A stretch of DNA of 64,000 bases from Desulfobacterales bacterium (lineage in GTDB: Bacteria; Desulfobacterota; Desulfobacteria; Desulfobacterales; UBA5852), in NCBI GenBank assembly GCA_963674755.2, contig CAXXVS010000002.1, positions 160,001-224,000 of the forward strand, written 5' to 3'. Below are positions 10,011 through 19,001 of this stretch, in pieces (positions within the stretch are counted from its first letter, which is position 1; each line of letters begins with the position of its first letter). The position numbers and the translations under genes were made by a program. Under the pieces are notes generated by a model. The model made no database searches. It worked only from the letters and a program-made list of their open reading frames with translations, and was not told the origin of the DNA.

Positions 10011-10582
10011 TTGGTGTTTTCAGATGCCTCCTCCGGTGATTCAAATACAATTTTCAGAGAGTGGCCAGTCGTTACCGTTTTCGATGCCTGACCTTCGATT
10101 GATACTCCTGACAGTTCAACTTTGATTCCACCAGCGGCATCGGTTACGATCTCCAATTCCGCTACCACAGTCAGAGATTTTAATTTTAGCCCTTGAATGT
10201 CCTTGAGTCCGGATACGGCTGCTACCACGGCATTCGCGATATTTTGCCCGGGCCCTTTAACAAGACCCTTGGCGCGGATGGGGTTTGGAATAAGCACCAA
10301 GGTAATCGAATTCGAATCAGTTTGCGCTTTTCCTCCTTTTGCTGACAAGAATAACGCAACTTGACCATTTGCCTCTTTTTTCGCTTTAGAAGAAAGCGTT
10401 AGCTCCGCCATCTTAAGCGGTGGAAATTCCGAACCAGAGGTCTGCTGTTCAATAATGTCTACAGCCGTTTGTACTTGATCTACAAGCTGTTTCACAGCGA
10501 TCTGAGTTTCTTTGGGCGAAAAAGTGGCACAACCGGAAACCGTAAATGCTACAATTAAAATAAATATAAGCTTTCGCGTCAT
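9980..10582 (-). CDS. Lipoprotein with two tandem Trypco2-like domains
   Basis: Lipobox VSGC after a hydrophobic signal; two repeats of helix plus strand pattern (AELTLS...GG...SITLVLIP; AELEIV...GGIKV...SLKIVFESP); strong GGAGG RBS. Confidence 0.55.
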   Translation of the reverse strand: MTRKLIFILIVAFTVSGCATFSPKETQIAVKQLVDQVQTAVDIIEQQTSGSEFPPLKMAELTLSSKAKKEANGQVALFLSAKGGKAQTDSNSITLVLIPNPIRAKGLVKGPGQNIANAVVAAVSGLKDIQGLKLKSLTVVAELEIVTDAAGGIKVELSGVSIEGQASKTVTTGHSLKIVFESPEEASENTKNLRAFSFLG

Positions 10583-10887
10583 CGCCTCCTCCCTTCCTTT
10601 AGGTATGTTCGTACTAGCCTGGCCTTGCTATTCAGCCGTGCATCTTTTGTGTCGACTGGGGGAACCTTCAGAAGAACCAGTGCTTCAAAAGATGCGACCT
10701 GGCACAATCCTTAGTAGGACAAATAAATACAGTTGGATGGAATGATGAAATTAAACAAATAGAGCCATTGCGGCTGGTGGGGAGGGACCGGCTTTTTGAG
10801 GATATTAATACTTATATAACGGAAAAATGTAATAATTGCAAGTGGTCAGGCGGTTGTGGGTAACCGCTCGAAATCATATATGATCCA

Positions 10888-11091
10888 TTATTTCCCGGGG
10901 GTATTGAATTCCCAGAATTCCATTTTGCCGGATTGGCTGGTTTCGTATTTGGTGTTTTCGCGGCCGTGGGTGGAGATGGTGCAGATGCTTGAACCATCAG
11001 GGGCCTGTGCCGAGAAAAACGAGATTTCGACGTCCTGGCCGTTTATCTGGATGACGATACGGTCGCTTGCCTGGGCTATTTTAAATTTCAT
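10888..11091 (-). CDS. Small hypothetical protein
   Basis: 67-aa ORF co-oriented with neighbours; no clear RBS. Confidence 0.3.
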   Translation of the reverse strand: MKFKIAQASDRIVIQINGQDVEISFFSAQAPDGSSICTISTHGRENTKYETSQSGKMEFWEFNTPGK

Positions 11092-11141
11092 ATGTCGTGA
11101 CTATTCATCGATGTTAAGAGTTGAGACCTTAGGCACATGGA

Positions 11142-11972
11142 TTACAGACCACTCTTATCGCGGTTACAGGGAATGCAAAGCATCTGGCAATTCTCAGCGA
11201 TGGTTTTGCCCCCTTTTGACCAGGGGGTAATATGGTCGCCGTTCATCTCGGCGAGATCAAAGACGCGTTGACCGTCGTCGTTGCCCGGGGTCTTGCACTT
11301 GGTTCCGCTGGCGCACTTGCCGTTCTGGATCTCGTAGGCGGCCCGCTTCATGTTGTCATCGAACTGGCGGATGCTCAGGTGCCGCTCTTCGCCGGTGAGC
11401 ACGTAGGGGTAGATGCCTCTTTTCTTGGTAACGTCTGGGTCCCGCATCAGCTCGGCGACGCGCTTCTCAAGCGCGACCGGGTCGTACTGCTCGTCCTTGA
11501 ACTGGTCGTAGAGCGGTCCCCACTCGACGGCCTTCATCTCCTTGCGGTAGGTTGTGAAGGTTTGCTGCACCCACCAAATGATGTTCTGGAAGTAGGTCCA
11601 CAGCTCATTTGCGGTGGGGTCGTGCTGGTGTTCAGACATGTAGTGCTCTATCTTGCCGCCGGACTTCCACTTTAGAGCCTTCTCCAGCAGCTCCTGACGA
11701 ATCGGGGAGCCGGAGACGTACTTGCTGGCCAGACCGTAAGCCGGGCCGTTGGACTTGCTGAAGATCGACTTGGCATGGGTCAGCCAAGGGCCGGTATAGA
11801 CGGCATTGCGCAGCTCCTGGTCGGTAAACTTCACACCGGCGATGTTGATTGTGCGGAACCAATCGAGCTTCTCATTCTCGTCGCCCTCGCAGACGTAGAC
11901 CATCAGCTCGTAATTGAGTATCGCGTCCTTCTGCGGCTGGTTGAGGTTATGGAAAGCCATCGGGTGGCTCAT
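11142..11972 (-). pseudogene. 5'-truncated DUF262 (GmrSD-like) HNH endonuclease
   Basis: FHNL..ILNYELMVY..EKLDWFRTINIAG plus C-terminal DHITPWSKGGKT..NCQMLCIPCNRDKS; N-terminal DUF262 motifs (QR, DGQQR) missing; abuts a junction with a primase remnant. Confidence 0.7.
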
Positions 11973-12002
11973 GCCGGCCTTTAACTTCCAATTGCGCTTT
12001 GC

Positions 12003-12197
12003 CCCAAGGAGATCTACGACCTCTTCTTCGCCTGGTGGAAGCAGTATGTGGGCAATTTCCCGCCCAAGCAGCGCAAACTGGGCACCTATCTCAAGGAGCG
12101 CTTCCGCTCCGAGAAGGTGGGCGGGGTGTATTGGTACTACGGGATCCAGCCCAATCCCGACATCATCGATGAAATCATGCCGGACCGGAAGGGATAG
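12003..12197 (+). pseudogene. C-terminal remnant of a P4/D5-type primase-helicase (winged-helix region)
   Basis: PKEIYDLFFAWWKQYVG...KLGTYLKERFRSEKVGGVYWYYGI; in-frame stop at 11982-11984 upstream and no start codon. Confidence 0.55.
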
Positions 12198-12200
12198 AGC

Positions 12201-12449
12201 TCAAAGGTCCTGATGGTCCTGGCATGGTCCTGACAACCTGGCAGTCCAAAACTATCCGAATTGCTTCGGAAAAGGGATAGCTGCAGGACCATTGGGACCA
12301 TCAGGACCGGGTTTCGAAATCTTTTTATAAAATAAAATTTTTTTTCAATTCACTTTTTTATTTAGGGGGAAAAAGGTCCTAAAGGTCTCAAAAGGCCGGA
12401 ATCATTAAAGATCGAATCTGGACCATGCCAGGACCATCAGGACCTTTGA
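12201..12449. repeat. Putative replication origin: 30-bp perfect inverted repeat with GGACC iterons around an AT-rich core
   Basis: tcaaaggtcctgatggtcctggcatggtcc (12201-12230) is the reverse complement of 12420-12449; more GGACC/GGTCC units near 12285-12310 and 12375; AT tract about 12320-12372. Confidence 0.65.
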
Positions 12450-12460
12450 AAATACCGCCC

Positions 12461-14737
12461 ATGAACGTCCTGGATCTGCTTCGCGAAATGGGCATCGAGC
12501 CGCGGCTGGCCCAGCGCGGCGGCAAGCGCGGCGCCGAGTACTGGAGCCGGTGTCCCAAGGCCGGATGCTCCCAGGAAGACGGCTTCCATGTCTGGCCCGA
12601 ACAGAACGGCGGCACCGGCTCCTGGTGGTGCCGCAACTGCGATCGCGGCGGGGACAACATCCAGTTCTGCCGGGACTACATGGGCATGGATTTTCAGGAG
12701 GCCTGCGACAAGTGCGGCCGGGATCCCGGGCCGCGCCCGCCGCGGCGGCCGTTCGAACCGAGGCCGCGGCCGCCGGCCTGGGCCCCGAAACCGGTGAACG
12801 TGCCAGAGGGGGACCTGGCCCTGTGGCGGGAGCATGCCGGCAAGTTCGCGGAGTGGGCCCACCGGCAGCTCCTTAAAAACCCGGAGGCCCTGGACTATTT
12901 GGACCGACGCGGTGTGAAGCGCAACGTGGTGGAGCGGTGGGGTCTGGGATGGAACCCCGGGGAGAACGGCAAGCCGTGCATCTACCGGGCAAGGAAGGCC
13001 TGGGGCCTGCCCGAAGAGACGCGGGAGGGCGGTCGGCCCAAGCCGCTCTGGCTGCCCCGGGGCCTCGTGATCCCATGGCGGGATCCCAGCGGGTGCCTGC
13101 GCAAGATCCGGATCCGCCGGCACCCGCCGGACATGCCGCCCCTGGCCAAAAACAAATACTTCGTGGTGCCGGGATCCACCGTGGTTCACACGGCGGTTTA
13201 CAGCAATCAGCCGGCGGCCGTGGTGCTGGAGACGGAGCTTGACGGCCTGGCCGCGGCCGAGGCCGCCGGCGACCTCGTGGGGGTGGTCGCAACGGGAACC
13301 AGCGGGGCCCTGCCGCAGCCCCAGGAGAAACGCCTCGACATCTCCATCAGCCTGGCCAACAAGCCGCTGCCCTACGTGGTCTGCGACGAGACCGACAAAT
13401 ATCCCGAGACGGCCAGCAAGAAGGAAGCGGGGCCGGTTGGCCTGGCCGAAGCCCGGGCCACGGTGTTCCGCGGCCGGCGGAAGTTCATCCGGGCATCGAC
13501 GCCCACCGTGCCGACGGCCTTCATCTGGCAGGCCCTCAAGAAGTGCCGGGCCGTGTTCGTCTACTGGGTGCGCTGCCCCCTGTGCGGCAAATGGCAGCGC
13601 ATGGAGCTCTCCCGGATCCGGGTGCCCAAGGATGTCCGGGATCCGGAGGAGATCAAGGACCGGGATCTGGCCTGGTACGAGTGTGTCGGCTGCGGCGGGC
13701 ACTGGGACGACCACCTGCGCGATCGCGCCGTGGCCGCCGGCCAATGGCGACACCGGGAAAAGGGCGTCGAGATGTTCGCCTACCTCGAGGCCTTCAAGCC
13801 CAAGACCATCGGCTTTCATCTGCCAAGCTGGAACAGCCCCTTCGTGGGGCTCTCCGAGGTGATGGCGGCCTGGTTTAAAGGCCAGTTGGACAAGACGGCC
13901 CTGAAGGACTTCTTCAACCGTTTCGCGGCGGAGCCCTGGGTGATCCGGGAGAAGGAGCGCAAGGAGGATGCCATCCTGGCCCTTTGCGAGCCCCGGCCCA
14001 TGGGGCGCGTGCCCGGAGACGACCTGGTGAGTTGCCTAACCTTCGGCGCCGACACCCAGGACAACGGTTTCTGGTTCAAGATCGTGGCCAACGGCTGGGG
14101 GCTGGAGCGCGACGCCTGGGTGGTGCGCTGCGGATTCGTGCCCAATTTCGCGGCCCTGGCCCGGGTGCTGTGGTCGGACCCATACGAGGATGCCGGCGGC
14201 AAGCGCTACGTGGTGCGCTTCGGTCTGATCGACGCCATGGGGCATCGCACCGGCGAGGTTTACGATTTCTGCCGCGCCCATCCGGGAAGGATCATGCCAG
14301 CCAAGGGCGAGAAGATCATGAACCAGCCCCTGGCCTACACGCGCATCGAATACTACCCGGGAACGAAAAAGCCGATTCCGGGTGCGCTGCAGCTCGTTCG
14401 CGTGAACACCAAATATTTCAAGGACCAGCTCGCAGCGGCCCTCACGGTGAAAGCCGGCGATCCGGGCAGCATCCGCATGCCCGAGGACCTGCCGAGGGAT
14501 TACGCCGTCCACTACACAGCAGAGTTCATCAATGAGAAAGGCGACTGGGACTGCCGGCCGAACGTGCCCAACCATCTTTGGGACTGCGGTGTGCTGAGTT
14601 CCTGTGCGGCCGAGATTCTTCAGGTGAGGTTCTGGGAAAAGCCGTCGGAGGAGAAGCTGGCACCGAAACCGAAAAATATTCCTGGGCCGCCGCCGAGGGT
14701 GGAATATGAGCGGCCGAGCTGGTTGGAGGGACGGTGA
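12461..14737 (+). CDS. Chimeric ORF: CHC2 zinc-finger/Toprim primase N-terminus fused to C-terminal part of GpA-type large terminase
   Basis: N-term CP...WWCRNCDRGGDNIQF and ETELD; from about 13340 SLANKP..VVCDETDKYP (Walker B), STPT, CPLC..CVGC, ADTQD nuclease, IDAMGHRT, NHLWDC. Confidence 0.8.
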   Translation: MNVLDLLREMGIEPRLAQRGGKRGAEYWSRCPKAGCSQEDGFHVWPEQNGGTGSWWCRNCDRGGDNIQFCRDYMGMDFQEACDKCGRDPGPRPPRRPFEPRPRPPAWAPKPVNVPEGDLALWREHAGKFAEWAHRQLLKNPEALDYLDRRGVKRNVVERWGLGWNPGENGKPCIYRARKAWGLPEETREGGRPKPLWLPRGLVIPWRDPSGCLRKIRIRRHPPDMPPLAKNKYFVVPGSTVVHTAVYSNQPAAVVLETELDGLAAAEAAGDLVGVVATGTSGALPQPQEKRLDISISLANKPLPYVVCDETDKYPETASKKEAGPVGLAEARATVFRGRRKFIRASTPTVPTAFIWQALKKCRAVFVYWVRCPLCGKWQRMELSRIRVPKDVRDPEEIKDRDLAWYECVGCGGHWDDHLRDRAVAAGQWRHREKGVEMFAYLEAFKPKTIGFHLPSWNSPFVGLSEVMAAWFKGQLDKTALKDFFNRFAAEPWVIREKERKEDAILALCEPRPMGRVPGDDLVSCLTFGADTQDNGFWFKIVANGWGLERDAWVVRCGFVPNFAALARVLWSDPYEDAGGKRYVVRFGLIDAMGHRTGEVYDFCRAHPGRIMPAKGEKIMNQPLAYTRIEYYPGTKKPIPGALQLVRVNTKYFKDQLAAALTVKAGDPGSIRMPEDLPRDYAVHYTAEFINEKGDWDCRPNVPNHLWDCGVLSSCAAEILQVRFWEKPSEEKLAPKPKNIPGPPPRVEYERPSWLEGR

Positions 14738-14958
14738 ACGACGGTAGGGTGTTAAAAAACAAAGAGGATGTCATGGCTTACATGGATGTATCCGAGCATC
14801 TAATCGTAGGCCTTGTCTCATTGGGGCTGCCAGTTTTTTTCATCAATGGACGTTGGTTTTCGACAAAGGATTCGATTGATCGATGGATGACAGAATTTGC
14901 TATTGCAAACAGAGGGAAAAATTTCTGTATTAAAAATGGGAAGGTTGAATCTATTTAA
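14734..14958 (+). CDS. Small MerR/Xis-like DNA-binding protein
   Basis: 74 aa, VMAYMDVS..GLPVFFINGRWFSTKDSIDRW wing pattern; GTGA overlap with the terminase stop. Confidence 0.5.
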   Translation: MNDGRVLKNKEDVMAYMDVSEHLIVGLVSLGLPVFFINGRWFSTKDSIDRWMTEFAIANRGKNFCIKNGKVESI

Positions 14959-15005
14959 AATAACATAAAATTATTGCTGTGTCATGATGCATTAAATAAA
15001 ATTAT

Positions 15006-16076
15006 TTATGTATAATTTTCCCAAAAATTTTGTCCAATTTCTTTATTATATTTAAAGGTAAGCTGGATAAAAATAATTAGAAGGCTTAGGTATATATAGC
15101 CCAAGAATGCTTGAGAACAGGCCACAATTCTCATTTTTTTATTTGAAGGTCTGTAGTCACCACAACCCAATGTTGTCCAAGTCACCAAACTAAAATAGTA
15201 TGAATCTAAATTTTTATCAAATTTCGTTGCAGGTGTGTTGTCTTCAGTAATTGGTGTTGGAGAAATGCCCCTTTCTATTTGGTAGACAAAACCAAAAGAT
15301 AAAACTATGATTATATTAATGGCAAAATATATAACAAAATACATGAGTCTCTTAAAATTGGTAAATAAAATCAACATATATACGGCAAATCCGAATAAAA
15401 TAACCACCACCGTAGTAAGCCGTTCATATACGTATTTTGGGCTTTTTGATAAAATGTAAAAAAATAGCGTTAAAGCGACAGGTAGAAGTGCAGGAATAAT
15501 CAATTTTCTATCTGAGATATCAAGTATTTTTTCAATGAGTATTCTATTAGCGCTTTCCCTGTTTTGTTCCAATTGTTGGTTAACCTGATTTTCCATATGA
15601 ACTTCATTATTATAATTCTTAATTAGATTAATATTGTTTATGGTACCATGTATGATGGTAACCAATATCCCAAAAAAGACGAATCCAAAAAAAGATTCAA
15701 TCCCAGTTATGATTCTCATTTCAGGTGTTAATGGCCACAAATCGCCGTAGCCAGATGTCGTCCAAGTGAGAATACTAAAATAATAGTAATCAGTGGTCGA
15801 ATCAAGGATAATTCCACCGAGGCCGCCTGAATCTCCATATATTTTGCCAAACGATGCGATAATAATAGCGGTGATAAAAAAATATGCTAATAATGAACTT
15901 AATTTGACCAATTTTTGGCTTTGGAATGCGATATAGAATCCATATAAACAACACAAAATGATAATCAAAGCACGTATCAATAAAACAATTTCGCCTTTAA
16001 AAGGGAGAAAAATAGTCCCAATCAAAAAGAACGTCAAAATTATGAAGCGATATTTTTGTAATTGAAGTGTTAGCAT
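15006..16076 (-). CDS. Potassium-channel-family (Ion_trans_2) membrane protein with two pore loops; moron
   Basis: YYFSILTWTTSGYGDLWP (15741-15761) and YYFSLVTWTTLGCGDYRP (15156-15176); multiple TM helices; very AT-rich. Confidence 0.8.
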   Translation of the reverse strand: MLTLQLQKYRFIILTFFLIGTIFLPFKGEIVLLIRALIIILCCLYGFYIAFQSQKLVKLSSLLAYFFITAIIIASFGKIYGDSGGLGGIILDSTTDYYYFSILTWTTSGYGDLWPLTPEMRIITGIESFFGFVFFGILVTIIHGTINNINLIKNYNNEVHMENQVNQQLEQNRESANRILIEKILDISDRKLIIPALLPVALTLFFYILSKSPKYVYERLTTVVVILFGFAVYMLILFTNFKRLMYFVIYFAINIIIVLSFGFVYQIERGISPTPITEDNTPATKFDKNLDSYYFSLVTWTTLGCGDYRPSNKKMRIVACSQAFLGYIYLSLLIIFIQLTFKYNKEIGQNFWENYT

Positions 16077-16104
16077 TGATATTTTGGTAATAGACAGTTC
16101 AAAT

Positions 16105-16791
16105 TTATAGTAAATTAAGTTCGATATGCCTTATTTCTACTGTTGACCTCTTATCCAACCTAATAACTGCAGCCCAACGTCCTTTCTGTCTGACTTTTTC
16201 ACAATCTATTGATAATACATCATCAAATCCTGAATTTTTCCAATTACTACTGACGACTATAGTTTTCCCGAATTCATCAATCCCGATTTTTGCTCTACCT
16301 TGTAAGATCTTAAAATTAAAAGTTGCTCGAACGCCAATTTTGTTCTTTGTCTTTAGATGGTGAGGTATTTCTATTCCAATATCTCCTCCTCCGTTTTTCC
16401 GGCTCCAAACTATTAGATTTTTTCCATTTACTTTTCCGCAGGGGTAACCAGTATCGATAGATCCCTTTGTACAATAATTAAAATTTTCATCACCAAGAGA
16501 ATTGCACCACTGGAGATCCCTTCCTAACACGAAAAGATCTGCTTTTTTTTCTATAGGTGGAATAGGTTCCACTCTTTCATGATTAGGTATTGGTGCTTGT
16601 AAGGGGTATATGATCATAAAAACCCCGGCCAAGAAAATTACTAAAGAAGATTCAGTCGTCCTTAGCCTGAATCCAAACACATCGATCTCTGTTTGACCTC
16701 GCCGGTGTTTTTTTAAAAAAAATATAGAAGTTCCTAAAGCAGCAAATATTAAACCAACGCCTATGACGATGTATTTTGTTATAGGCTCCAT
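16105..16791 (-). CDS. Hypothetical membrane-anchored protein (2 N-terminal TM plus soluble domain); moron
   Basis: AAGGAG RBS; two hydrophobic segments in the first ~65 aa; AT-rich. Confidence 0.7.
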   Translation of the reverse strand: MEPITKYIVIGVGLIFAALGTSIFFLKKHRRGQTEIDVFGFRLRTTESSLVIFLAGVFMIIYPLQAPIPNHERVEPIPPIEKKADLFVLGRDLQWCNSLGDENFNYCTKGSIDTGYPCGKVNGKNLIVWSRKNGGGDIGIEIPHHLKTKNKIGVRATFNFKILQGRAKIGIDEFGKTIVVSSNWKNSGFDDVLSIDCEKVRQKGRWAAVIRLDKRSTVEIRHIELNLL

Positions 16792-17142
16792 GTCTCTCTC
16801 CTTGGCTAATAATAACTATTCCAATAAAAATAATTTTTCCGACCTTGTAAGTATTCAAATCAACAATTTTGTTGCCGGCTTGTAAGGAAGGGTGGTTTTA
16901 GCTCTACTGGAGGCAAATTAACGAGATCAGAGAGAGATGCAAACTTGGAGTATTTAGGAGGTAGCATATCGTACTAGTCAAAATAATTAAAATCAGAGAA
17001 ATATTATGGCTGTCAAGACCTAAAATGCTCCGAATACGCTATTAATAACCCTCGAAAGTGACCCGAAAGCTAATAAGCCTTAGAAACCCCATGATATGGA
17101 GGCGGCATTAAAGTCGACCACCAGATCATGGGGTTTTTGCGT

Positions 17143-17361
17143 ATGGCCATCAAAACCACCCTGGAACAACTTGAAGCGGTGCAGGCCGCGATCGCGTTTT
17201 GTGAGGCGGGACAGGAAGGCTCGGTCAACGGCAAGCGGTACCGCATGGCCGACCTGGCCGTGCTCTACAGGCGCGAGGAGCAGCTCCTGGCGCGGTACCA
17301 CCGCGAGCAGGCGGGCAGCGCCGGGCCGGCTTCCACCTACGGCATCCCGAGGCGCGACTGA
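17143..17361 (+). CDS. Head completion/head-tail joining protein (gpW-like)
   Basis: TLEQLEAVQAAI..GQEGSVNGKRYRMADLAVL; immediately before portal. Confidence 0.7.
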   Translation: MAIKTTLEQLEAVQAAIAFCEAGQEGSVNGKRYRMADLAVLYRREEQLLARYHREQAGSAGPASTYGIPRRD

Positions 17362-19001
17362 TGCGGATGCCTGCGGCATACGAAGCCGGCATGCAGACCC
17401 AGCTCGAGATGTTCGGCAGAGCCATGGCGGCCATGGCGGCCATAGGCAATGGCGGATCCTCTCCGGTGCTTTTCGGGCCCAACGGCAAGCCGCTGGCTCC
17501 CACGAGCAGCTACACCATCCGGCGCGAGGCGGCCAAGCGCACCGGGAGCATGAAGAACTGGCGACCCCAGGAGGTGTTCTCCAACCACGTGGAGGCCCGG
17601 GAGCGCTACGAGATCGTTAAGCGCTCGATCGACCTGGCCAACAACGATCCCCACGCCGCCGGCATCATCGACACCTTCGCCACCACCGTGATCGGCGCGG
17701 GGCTCATGCCGCACCCGGCGCCGGATCCGGACACGCTTGACCTCGACCAGGAGCGCGAGGCGGAGGTCGTGAGCCAGATGCGGGCCGCCTACCGCCAGTG
17801 GGCCCCCACGGCGGACGCCGGCGGGCGGCTCAACTTCGGTCAGGTGCAGTATTTGGCCAAGCTGTCCATGATGCGCTACGGCGAGTACTTCGTGCTGCTG
17901 CCCATGATCGAGGATCCCCTGCGGCCGTTCCGTTTGGCCTGCCAGGTGATCCATCCCCTGCGTGTCAAGACCCCCACCGACCTGATGAACGCCGGCAACA
18001 TCCGCGACGGCATCGAGCTGGGCGACTACGGCCAGCCCGTGGCCGCCTGGATCAAGAAGAGCGGCGCCGGCGGCAGCCTGCAGCTTCCGGACGTCTCCAG
18101 GAACTTCCTGCGCGTGCCGTTCAAGGCGGGCCACCGCTGGAACGTGCTGCACGGCTTCGTTTGCAAGGAACCCGAGCAGGTGCGCGGCTGGCCCTTCCTG
18201 GCGCCGGCCATGAAGTTCTTCCGCGACTTCAACGATCTGGTCTCGGCCGAGCTGGTGAGCAACGTGGTGACGGCGGCGCTGTCCTACTTCATCGAGGTGC
18301 AGGCCGGGATCAACCCCTGGGACGTGGCGGCGGGAGCTGCCACCATGTCGGACCGGCGCCTCGGCGACGACGGGTCCACCAAATGGCAGCGCTACGAGGA
18401 GACCTATCCCGGCCGCATCATGTACGGCGCCCCGGGGGAGAAGCCGCACCTGCTTTCCGCCAACCGGCCGGGCACCACATTCGAGCCCTTCACCAAGACG
18501 GTCAAGCGCTCCCTGGCCATGGCCTGCGGGCTGCCCTACGCCGTAGCCTTCAAGGACGTGTCGGACACCCAGTACGCCGGCATGCGGGCGGCCATGCTGG
18601 ATGCCTGGCGGGTTTTCACCATGGAGCGCACCTGGTTCGGGCAGGGCTTCTGCCAGCCCATCTGGACCATGCTCCAGGAGGAGAACTATCTCGCCGGCGG
18701 CCTGGACTACCCGGACTTCTACCGCGACATAGCGGCGCTCACGGCCTGCGAGTTCCGGGGATCGCCCAAGGGCAACATCGAGCCCATCAAGGAGGCCCAG
18801 GCCGACATCATCCTGATCAAAAACAATCTGAAGACCCGCGAGGCCAGCATCATCGAGCGCGGCGGCGATCCCCAGCGCACAGTGCGCCAGCTCGAAGAGG
18901 AGAAAAACGATCTCGAATCCCGCGGCCTGCCGCCTTTCGGCCCGGAAAAGCAGCCGGCGGCGGCGCCCGCCCAGGGAGGCAGCAACAATGCCGAGCAATA
19001 A
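17361..19001 (+). CDS. Phage portal protein, lambda family
   Basis: RSIDLANND, RYGEYF, DGIELGDYGQPVA, EQVRGWP, IEPIKEAQA motifs. Confidence 0.9.
   Translation: MRMPAAYEAGMQTQLEMFGRAMAAMAAIGNGGSSPVLFGPNGKPLAPTSSYTIRREAAKRTGSMKNWRPQEVFSNHVEARERYEIVKRSIDLANNDPHAAGIIDTFATTVIGAGLMPHPAPDPDTLDLDQEREAEVVSQMRAAYRQWAPTADAGGRLNFGQVQYLAKLSMMRYGEYFVLLPMIEDPLRPFRLACQVIHPLRVKTPTDLMNAGNIRDGIELGDYGQPVAAWIKKSGAGGSLQLPDVSRNFLRVPFKAGHRWNVLHGFVCKEPEQVRGWPFLAPAMKFFRDFNDLVSAELVSNVVTAALSYFIEVQAGINPWDVAAGAATMSDRRLGDDGSTKWQRYEETYPGRIMYGAPGEKPHLLSANRPGTTFEPFTKTVKRSLAMACGLPYAVAFKDVSDTQYAGMRAAMLDAWRVFTMERTWFGQGFCQPIWTMLQEENYLAGGLDYPDFYRDIAALTACEFRGSPKGNIEPIKEAQADIILIKNNLKTREASIIERGGDPQRTVRQLEEEKNDLESRGLPPFGPEKQPAAAPAQGGSNNAEQ

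Noticed and set aside
12201..12449. CRISPR array
   Set aside because: Repeats are short, inverted and lack unique spacers; no cas genes
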